Assembly (NCBI GenBank): GCA_907165135.1 | Contig: OU015567.1 | Span: forward strand, 5,146,001 to 5,210,000 | DNA length: 64,000 bases | Direction: 5' to 3' | From: Oikopleura dioica | Lineage: Eukaryota > Animalia > Chordata | Part shown: positions 37,589-47,600 of the stretch, one piece after another | Layout of the letters: each line of letters begins with the position of its first letter | Numbering within the stretch: position 1 is the first letter of the stretch | Program-made: the position numbers and the translations under genes | The notes under the pieces: generated by a model | What the model saw: only the letters and a program-made list of their open reading frames with translations | Told to the model about the DNA's origin: nothing | Databases searched by the model: none

Positions 37589-38242
37589 CTGATGGCGCCC
37601 ACGCGATTTGGGCACACCCAGGAGTCAATTTTTGCGATTTGGCTCGAAAATCTGTGTGTTAAACCTGAGTCAAGGCCTGAAAACAAAGGATAGAAAAAAG
37701 AAGTAGATAGATATTATGGCGGAGCCGCTCTGCGGCTTCGTTAAAAAAAAGCCGCTACGCGGCTTTTCATTCAAAGCTCTCTCAGGACCTGACACAGAAC
37801 AGCCAACTATTCAACCAAAAACAAGGTGCTTAATATGCAAGAAACTCTTAGTGGAACTTAAAATCCTCTTTGTTCAAAATAAAACGCTTGCGTCAGAAAT
37901 CGACGGTTCGATGCGTTGTCCTTCTAGCGCTTATCCCCAATTAAAATGGCGAAATGAACCAGAGCAGCATTTTTGCGAAGAACGGGGCAATTTTCTTTCG
38001 TAAATCTTGTAAAATGCGGTTTTCTGTCACTATCGTAAATATGCCCATGCCATTTTTTTTCGAGATGCGTTTTTGAATTTGAACCGGATTCTGAGTAAAA
38101 AGGAGCGTTACAAGAAGCCAGTCAGAAAAAAAAGACGGCGAAACGGGTTAAAATTCGCGTAAAAGGATTGTCGAAAAAAGTAGTCATTACGCACTTTACA
38201 TCTTCGTTCGAGGAAACGCTGCTCAAAAAGAGTGTCAGTTTG

Positions 38243-41200
38243 TCAATTTATTTGAACAATTGGAACATCGTCCGCAGAAGTTTCATAAGAAAAGGCACAT
38301 TCTTCAGCCAGCTCAACAGGCGAGTACTTGAATAGCATGCCAGTCGCAACACACAGTGCATTTTTCTTCAACACGAGATTCACATGCACGGAAACGACCT
38401 CCAAAGGGGGCATCTTCCAATTTGGCTTGATGGCGTTTAAATTTGGAATGGGGGCGCGGAGACCAGGGTTCTAAATCTAAGCTGAAAATCAGAAGTCGAG
38501 TCGAGTCGAGTCGACTTAATAGACTTATTAGTCGAAAAGTCGAAAAACTGGAAAAATATATTAAGGGTGTCCCCAACGATTTTTTTAAAACAGGCTATAC
38601 TTTGAGCTATTTTTTATAGGACTTCCTGAAGGCTTTTCGGCTAAAAGAAATATACTCATTAATATTTAGACCCTTTTCTATGCCATAAATTTGGCAGAAT
38701 TTTGAAATTGTGATCTTTTAATCCCCTACCGCTTCTTCAAAGAGTTCTGATTTTTCTATTCTGACTAATCTTTGAGATCGTTTTTCTCGAGTTCTACAAA
38801 TTCAATTTTTAAAATTTGACCAGATCCTGATTCTTTGAACGCTCCTCTATGCCATAAATTTGACGGATTTTTAAAATTTATCTGTATGCATCAGATACGA
38901 TGCATTCTTTGAAGTAACGATTTTGCTGAAGTTTGAGCTCGATTCTAGCGCTGTTCCTGAAATTCAATTTTTCTCATTTTTACAGGGATTATAGTTTGAT
39001 CTATTTTCAATCTCACGGTACGCTCAGATTTTGCGTTGATAAGACCCTTAATCCCTTTTTCCGGCGCCAAAGTGCAGGTGTTTGCGACTTTTGGCGCACT
39101 GTTTGAAAGTGAAAAATTTGTGCTATCGTATTGATATAGGTATCATTGAATAGAGAATTTTTCAAGCTCTCAGAAAATATACAGGTCGATATATAAAATC
39201 GAAAGTTTGAAAATGACACTTTTTACAGTGCATTTCTATCGAGCCGTAATGCATTAGCGCTGTCATAGAAACAGTAATATCTCGAGAATCAGAGGAGATA
39301 TTTCAGATCTGAAAAAGCTCTAGAATCAGCTTCCTTTAATTAACTCAAAAAAAAATTTGGTCATCAGACTAAGATTAGTCGAATCCGATCGTTGGGGACA
39401 CCCTTAATTACTCGAAAAAGTCAAAAATTAGTCGAAAAGTCGAAATTTAGTCGAAAAGTCGAAAATTTGTCGAAAAGTCGAAATTATGTCGAAAAGTCGA
39501 TTGCAAAAAAAAGTGATTCTTTTCGACTTTTACGACTTGATTTTTCGACTTTCTCCTCATCATTGTTCGAGCTAGTCTTTTCGACCAAGACTTGACTCAA
39601 CTTCGACTTTAGTCGAAACTCGATTAGTCGATTTAGAACCCTGCCGAAGACGTCTGGTAGACACGAAAGTTGTTGGAAGAGGGACGGAATCGAACCAGAT
39701 TTCGAACTCGTCGGTGAAGTTTTGTCCGACTAGCTCGATTGTGGGCTCTTCTTCATCGACTTTTTGAGGTTTCATAATATTATATTATATTATATTTTTT
39801 ATAAAATTAAACGGTAGAAATCCTTCCTAGAATGATAATTTCCTCGCAAGATGGAAAGATGACGCCTTCTTCGCTTCCCGTCCAGATAAAATTTTTCTTC
39901 GCCGCACTTTTTACCGTTTCATCAAAACTGACTTTTTCCCAAAAATTATTTCTGAAACCGATTTCTTAAAATTGTCCAGTGACAGCCGTCGGGCAGAGAG
40001 ACGGTTTCATTTTCCCCAACTTTGGCCTCGTAAATCGCGACTTTGCCATGATCGTTTTCGAGAAAATATCGACTTGATGCACCGATGCTGCTAAAATTAA
40101 TCGGTTGGAATATCGGGTCGTGGAGATTTGGACTGACATTGATGGGCGAATAAATTCTAGAGCCACGCGGTGAAGTTGGCTTTTGAGTTTTGCAAATTGC
40201 CCGAGGGCTGAGCGTAAATCTAGCGCCTCGGGGCAAGACTGGATGGCCGAGCGGTCTAAGGCGTTGGATTAAGGCTACAATCTCTTCGGGGGCGTGGGTT
40301 CGAATCCCACTTCAGTCAAATCTTTTTTCAAAACTCTCCTTACAGGTTCTTGGCAATCAATTTTCGCCGAGGTCAGTTCGCATTTGTGGATGATCGTTGG
40401 TGGCAAGCTGAGTCCTGAGCTCTCGCTGACGAGCTGAACGACCTGGGAAAGGGTTGTTTTCTTTTATTGAACACCTTGGTTCTCACGGGTTAAATTCTTA
40501 TTTATTTAATTAAACCATAAGGCGCTCCTGAAAATCTGGATTTGCTACAGCATTAAATAGCGTCAGACGTAATAGAAATTTTCTATTTTGACCGTGGCAA
40601 ACCTGGTTTGACGATAACGCCCTTAATTTCAACCCTTTGCCTGTCCGTAGTTGATAAAACCTGAGCGGGCAGTTTCAAAGTCACTGTCAAGAGAGTACAT
40701 GTGCAAAACACTCCATTTTCCCGTTGAAACGACTTTGACCGGTTTAAAGTCCTATTGAGAGATTCTGACAGAGTTGCGAATTTGGCTTTATTTTCGTTGA
40801 GCTGAGCTGAGCTATTTCGGAGCTCACTGAGCTGAGCTGAGCTGAGCTGGCCATTTTCAGAGGTCATTGAGCTGAGCAGACCTTTTTTTAAGGTGGTTGA
40901 GCTGAGCTGAGCTGAGCAGACCGTAATTTGAGCTGAGCTGAGCTAAGTGAGCTGGGTTGAGCTGTTTTTTACTGTTTTTTAGTAGTGAAATTGTGTTAGA
41001 ATCATTGAGCTGAGCTGAGCAGAACAGATCATGTTCGAGAATAATTGAGCTGAGCTGAGCTAAACTGAGCTGAGCTGAGTGATTATTGTCTGAGCTGAGC
41101 TGAGCAGATAAATTTATTTTCGAAAATCAGTGAACTGAGCTGAGCTGAGCGACTGCTCAGCTCACTCAGCTAGCTCAGCTCACTCAGCTCACCAAATTAG

Positions 41201-43088
41201 CAACTCTGGATTCTGATGTAAGCTGAATTTTGAGCTTTTCCGAAACACGCACTTTTGGCCACAACTCAAACTCTGTGTTAACCCGCCAGCTCACCAAAAT
41301 TGGTGAATTTGATCAAGATTATTCAGCTTCAACTAATAAGATTATGGGCTTGAAAATCTCATTGATTTTTTTCATGAATTAAAACCGTTTTCAAATCCAT
41401 CAGTCGAGGCGGAAATGTATCCAAGAGTTTGGGATCTGACCCTGTTGAATAGGGCGACGCAACCGCCGGACTCGAAGCTTTCAATGCGGTTAGGGCTTTT
41501 AAGAGTTCTTCTAACTGGTACTGGGAGGTTATAATCATGTTGACTCGAAGTTTACTCAACAGGAGGGATTAGTGGAACCGCACAAAAATCGCAAAAGTCT
41601 AACTAACGAAACCGCTTCCTGAGCTCATTGTATCGTACTGTTTGCCGCTTCTATAAGAAATATACTTAAAAAGGAAAACAAATATTCAAAAATAGGACTA
41701 AACCAATTTTTAGAAGTGAATTTTTGGATAACCAATAAGATTGATGTATTTTGCCTACCGGCCAATCAAAACCCTTTTCATAAAAATCTGCTCCAAAAAT
41801 TTGTTCTACTCCAAAAATAGGGTAAAAACAATTTATGGAAATGATTTTATGGATCAGGGTTTTGATTGGCCGGTAGGCAAAATACAGCCATCTTATTGGT
41901 AATCCAAAAATTCACTTCCATAAATTGGTTTAGTCCAAAAAATTTACCTTTGAGGGCTTGGAAATCACCCTCGAAAACCCGCATCTGAATTCGGCATCAT
42001 TCAAGGCCGCCGTAAATTGAACATCTTTTGCACTCGCCGCGTCCGGAATCAGAAAAAGTGACTCAGAAATAAACACGCGCTCGCGTTTGATCAAAATGTC
42101 TTCCGATTCTAGCAACGCGTAACGTGTCATCTTAGCTAACATCGAAGTACGTGTTCAAATTTCTGTAGATGGAAGATGAAATTTTTTTTTCAAATATATT
42201 CGGAGCCGTTCATGAATGTTTTTTGCGAGGGAGGTTTTGGTGACTGCGTCAGGCTCTATTTGAGTTCCTGCGTGAGATCGAATCTAAGGGAATGTTATCT
42301 AGCTCACTCTCGTTGTGATTGTCTGGTACTTTTATTACATTAGAACTTATTTTGTTACGTACTCGGGAAACAGCCGTGTGAAATAAATACAAATATAGAC
42401 AGTAGAAAACCTGTATTATGGCTCTTAAATTATCAATCATACCGGCGGTAGTAATGTTGAAAATTTTTTCTAGAAGTCTTTATTCTAGTCTGCATTATGC
42501 ATATTATGATTTTTATATTTTTGTAATCTACAGATTCTGCTGAATCTAACCCCGGAAATGGATTCTACGGGTCAAAAAAAGCTTTGGAGGCTATCTCGAC
42601 TCCTTCGCCCCCAAAATACGGCATTTGAAAATTTGACATTTCGCCGAAAATTGACGAATTTGCCCTAATTTTGGCAAAAATATTGATTTTTCTTCGTCAG
42701 ATATTCCTCATATTATGTATTGTTCCTCTTATCGCCTAAGTAAGGCCCTTACCTGATTACCGTCGTCGACATTCGTAAAGAGAGTACAATTCTTCGGGGT
42801 AGAAGTCCAACCATTCCCCAAAACCTCAATCAACGGAGGAGGACATATAAACCTTTTCTCTTTCCCATAGCTTTTCTGGACAATTTTCGGGTATTGTAAA
42901 GAAATCTGCTTGAATTTATTCCTCGCTTCCATCCTTTTTTTTGGTTTAAAAATGTATCTCCCCGAATATGTTCGGTTCGGCGTGGGAAAATTGGAGCTAA
43001 GCAGATGCAAAAAAAAGTGTTTTACGATCAAATATCGCGATATTGGACTTATTTGCATGAAAAAGAAGACTACTGTTTTCTCCCTCAA
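38243..43088 (-). CDS. Divergent CSL / Suppressor of Hairless / RBPJ-family transcription factor, about 10 exons; start codon uncertain
   Basis: NTD VQKSYGKEKRFICPPP and RVISKPSKKRQT; BTD SGGCVALFNRVRSQT, WSVLHM...GFINYGQVVQLV...GLSLP, EPVSQLHRVAL, DGCHWTIL; CTD IELVGQNFTDEFEIWFDSV and VHVNLV...TGMLFKYSP. All are colinear with recalled RBPJ. Confidence 0.88.
38464..39643. mobile_element. hAT-type foldback element interrupting a CSL coding exon
   Basis: Perfect 14-bp TIR CAGGGTTCTAAATC / GATTTAGAACCCTG, flanks GCGGAGAC and CCGAAGAC (6/8 identical), and AGTCGA subterminal repeats. Confidence 0.8.
38561..39407. mobile_element. TTAA-flanked element (Kolobok-like) nested in the hAT-type element
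   Basis: TTAAGGGTGTCCCCAACGAT ... ATCGTTGGGGACACCCTTAA is a perfect 20-bp inverted terminus including TTAA. Confidence 0.8.
40237..40318 (+). tRNA. tRNA-Leu(AAG) variant with an anticodon-stem mismatch, intronic and antisense to the CSL-like gene
   Basis: Identical to the other two copies except C>A at 40277 (TACAA instead of TCCAA). Oligo-T terminator present. Confidence 0.85.
40769..41208. mobile_element. hAT-type MITE with GAGCT pentamer arrays and a perfect 8-bp TSD
   Basis: GATTCTGA|CAGAGTTGCGAATTTGG ... CCAAATTAGCAACTCTG|GATTCTGA, with internal (GAGCT)n and (AGCTC)n arrays in inverted orientation. Confidence 0.9.
41713..41918. mobile_element. Palindromic MITE in a CSL intron
   Basis: Arms GAAGTGAATTTTTGGATAACCAATAAGA..TTGCCTACCGGCCAATCAAAACCC and their reverse complement. 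Confidence 0.75.
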
Positions 43089-43213
43089 TAAGCCATTGAA
43101 AACCTGCTAGGCCTCCTTTTAATGTAAGAACAACCCTTGAAAGGTCAGCTCTTGTTGGTTGAATATAAAATCTCAGCGCTCCAGGATTTTTTCTTCAGAA
43201 ATCATCTTCAAAA

Positions 43214-44321
43214 ATGAAACTTGCGCTTTTTATTTTAGGATTTGTCAGTGCGGAGAGTTACGATTCAAGCTCAGAGAGTTCAAGTTACGAATTCGACTAT
43301 AATTATGAATACATTAATGAAACCATGTACGAAGCTTATTTAAACTGGCTCTATCAGAACAACTACACTGATTTTCCGACTGAAGGGGAGAATACTGAAT
43401 CTCGTAAGTTCTCTGTTATTGATTGAAGTTGAATGATTTCAGAACTATGGGGTGCGAAAGAGACGAACTACGAATACGCCTACCAATATGGCGAAAATAT
43501 CCAAGCACTGGCCAGTGCACCTACGGCGAAAACGAAGAGCACTTCTAGAGCAAAGTCAGCAAACTACGATTATAGCTATGGCGAGTACAACTTCGATGGC
43601 TATGATTATACGAATGGAAAGGTCGAGACATCCTCTCAATCGGCAACGACGATTTCTGCGCCTCAATTTACTCTAGAAACGGGCTAATAGAAAGCTTTCA
43701 AAAAGACATTACAAGGAAAATACTTTTGAGCCTCCTAAAGATGTCATAAAGCTAGAAAACCTGAAAACCCTGCCAAAACCAAAAACAACAAAACCAACGA
43801 CTCGAAGAACCACACAATCAACCCGTGTGAAGACAACAAGGAGAACATCCCGAGCTCCATATTTCGATGAAACAGACACCAAATACCCAAAGTGTTTTAT
43901 CTGCAGTGCTAGTGCAGAATCATCAAATAGAACAATAGAAGAGTGCGCTGAAAAAGGGAGATGGACAACCTGCAAATGTAAAGCAACCTTATCAAACGAA
44001 GAAAATAACCAAAGTTAAGTCGGAGAGTATTGTGGACTCGAAGTGCGAGAAAAGTCAAGAGGAAAAAATAAATTCAACAGGTTCTTGCCAAAAGAAATTT
44101 ATCAAATGACGGTCCGATGCATGACGAGGCCGACTTGTCTGGCTCATTATGGCAATAACTTTTCATCGTCGGTTGCTTTTTTGCAGCAATGTGGGACCAA
44201 CCCAAAGGAAGAGTTTTATTATGAAGTGCAATTAAGAATATATGAAGTAATGGTCATTTATTATCATCACATTGGTCAAGATTTAAAACTATTTATTGTT
44301 ACTGGAGGGACTGTTTTATGA
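43214..44321 (+). CDS. Secreted Tyr/Thr-rich protein with a C-terminal Cys-rich (Ly6/uPAR-like) domain, multi-exon
   Basis: Signal peptide MKLALFILGFVSA, Tyr/Asn/Glu-rich segment, Thr/Lys-rich linker, then KCFICSASAESS...EECAEKGRWTTC and VRCMTRPTCLAHYGNNF...QQC. The 3' splicing is approximate. Confidence 0.65.
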
Positions 44322-44629
44322 TTTCTTCAAGCAAGACTTTATAAAAATGAAAAAAACTCAAAATAGGAAAGCACATGTTTCGCCTGTCTGAAACCCTGCT
44401 CGCATATCTCCAACCCTGATTGTTTCCTCCCTTCACGAGGGGTACCTACTTCTGTCTCTGGCGAATACAGAACTATTAAAAGTCTGACCTACGAGAGCTG
44501 GAAGTCTGGCCTGAGAAATTTGACAAAAAATGAATAAAACAAACCTATTTTTCTGTTCATATCATATTCTTTACATCGAAGGAAGTATATTTAGATAAAA
44601 ATAAGGCAGCATGTGTAAAAGAAGTTTTA

Positions 44630-47600
44630 TCAATCTTCCGATAAATTATGTTGCTCGAGGAGCTTCGCCAACATTCGAGACATTTTTTGAACGTTTTCGG
44701 ATACATCGCCGATCTCAGTTTGGATTTCTTTGACTTGATCGCCAAGCTTGTGCATTTCTTCCCACACTTCATCGAGGTCGTCTTCTTTTTCGGACAAAAG
44801 AGTTTTCAGCTAAGAAAATGAGGGTCGATAGAGATAAAGAAGAGCGACTCACCTTGTGTCTTGTTACTCTAGAATCCCTATCGATCCACTTCATAAAGCG
44901 AGAATACCAGCTGAAGAAGAACGAATTTTCACTTCCGATTTTCACCACATGTTTTCGATTGTTGTCAAATAACGAGTATCGGTAGCTATGCGGGAGTTTG
45001 TATTCAGCAAAAAGAGCCAGTCGGATTTTCATCGCTTGGCGCTGTAGAATCGCGCTAGAATGATCGATGAAAGGAAAAAGAAGAGATCGAAAAGTTACCT
45101 TTCTTGAACTCCTTTGATATCATCAACAGCCAAACCGACCAGGATGTTGGAAATGACAATCGTGACGACAATAATGAAGCTGCAAAAAATGACGTAGCTG
45201 ACTTTGGATGTAAAATTGATCGAGTTCCATTCCGCACAATCGGGATCATCTTCGCAAGTCGGGTCGTAGTCTTCTGGAAAGTTTTCGAAGATTCCTTCGT
45301 ACTCGAATTCGCCAATCATCATTACCACGGTTTTCATGACGGATTTTGGGAGGGAATCGAAAGGAACTTGATTCTAGCAAATTCGATTAATTTCAAGAAG
45401 AATTATTTTTCCGTTACCTGAAGGAGCATAAAGAATGTCAGGGCAAAGCCGAAAATGAAGAGTGCGAAAATGAACAAGAACTGGAAGAATGTCTTCATGA
45501 CGGATACGAACATCAGGATGTAGATACCAAAGACCGGAGTTTTTCGAATAAAAAGAATGAGAACCATCCAAGAGAGCAAAATCGCCGTGGCTCCAACATC
45601 CCATTGCCAGCAATGCGCCGGGTTCAGCTCATTTAAGTCGTAGCAAGAATCGACACTGTTCAGGAACAGAATGGAAAGGACGTAGAGCGCGATCTCGAGG
45701 ATATTAGCCACTTCTTGGATGTAAGAAAGAAGCCCAGATGTGTAAATTTCCAGCACTTCGAGCAGCAAACGGAAGGAAATGAGAATGTAGCAGATGATCC
45801 CTAAATTGTCGCGAATTGGGGGGAAAATGTAGCAATCGCCCCAAATGTCCTGCGCTGTTCCTTCGAGAATCGGCACACCGATCGGCTCTTCCAGGCGATT
45901 TCCAACGCAAGGGGCGAATTGGAATGAGAAATCCACCGAATATGGTGGAGGGGACTCGTACGCGTAGATATTCAGGCAGATCATAAAAAAGATGTAAACG
46001 AGCAAGTTCAAATAGTAAATCCAGAAGCCGCGCTTGTTCCACTTCAGGTTGTACAGTGCGATAACGAGCGGATGCGTCAACAGTTCTTCTGCACGCGATT
46101 CAATGACGTAGATAAGCGGGTGGTTTTCATTCAAAACGGTATTATCCTCATCGTAAGGCTCTGGGTCAGCATCGCCCATGGAAACGTACGATTTTGAATC
46201 GGAACTTTGGTCCCTCATCTTGTTCTTGTCCCACTCGTACTTTGTGATAACGAATTCGTCGTCGATGAAGGAAAAGTTCATTCGAACTTGAAGATTCTTT
46301 GATTCAAGTTCCTTCCTCGTAGCGCTGAGGAAAGGCTTCCAAATCGCTCCTTCTTTCGATTTCGGAGGGTGATTAGTGACTTCCATGCAGCGATTGAAGA
46401 TGTATTTTGCTGAAAAAAAAGATGAAGAATCAAGATCGACAGATTTGGCTACCTTGGTCGGGCATGTGCAGAATCAGCTTCCTCATGGGCGTCACATATG
46501 GCCTCATCGGATTCTCTCTCCTCATATCCGTGGCATTTGAAAGACAAGCTTTCCACTCGTCGCTTTCCAAAAACATCGTGACGATATCTTCGTGATAGTA
46601 ATCAATTGCATAGTCCAGCGCATTTCGCCCGTCCGTATCGACGATTCTCACATCTGCTCCTTGCTCAAGCAGGTATTTGGCGACTTCTAAGTGGCCGTTC
46701 ATCGATGCCAAATGAAGTGGAGTGACGTTCGATTTGTCGGTAGAATCGACGGGAGCGTCGTGATCGAGAAGAATCTTCGCGCTTTGGAGATGACCAACAG
46801 CTGCCGCGGCATCAAGAGCTGTCCATCCTTTTGAATTGACTTCATCGACTTGAATTCCTTTGTTCAAAAGCTCCGCTACTGTCTTCCCTCGTTTATTGTA
46901 CGCTGCTAGGTGGAGTGCAGTATTTCCCTCTTCATCCCAATCCTGGAGAAGCTTGTTGTCAAAGTTAGTAAGGAAACGTATGAGGGTAATTTGTCCGTTT
47001 TCTGCGGCTATATGCAGTGCGGTTTTTTCTTCGTCGTTTTTATGGTCGACTTTTGCGCCAAAATCAGTGAGGCATTCTAGCGTTTTTAGCCGATCCAAGG
47101 GCTTTGCATTTTGATTGATATGGCAGCACTCGTGGCAGGGGGAGTTGTGATACGTGTCCCTTTCGTTGACGAGTGTGGAAGCGATGGATTTGTTTTTATT
47201 GAGAATGTGACGGAGATATTTGTAGTTCGATTCTTTCGCAGCGATGAAGACGCAATTTCGATCATTTTTGTCCTTGGCGGTTATATCTGCCCCGAGCTCT
47301 AGCAACACATCTGTCGCTTCGAAATGCCCTTGATCAGCGGCGATCATGAGCGGTGTCCATCCATCTTTGTCTCGAACTTCCAAAAGATCGCGGGCTCGAA
47401 GAGACAGGTACTTGATGATCTTCGGCTTGTTGTTTTTTGCAGCGAGGTAGACTGGCGTCTCGTGAGACTCGTTCAGGACTCGTCGCTTGGCTCCGTGTTT
47501 CAGCAGCGTTCGAATGACTTCTATGCCCTTTTCGACTGTTTGTCCGCCTTCTTCCGCGGCGAGGTGGAGGACTGTATCTCGTGTTTGTTTCGTCTGATGG

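Noticed and set aside
40583-40867. 94-aa ORF MTSENGQLSSAQLSEL...
   Set aside because: It starts within the GAGCT array of a MITE. The real CSL exon here is in another frame.
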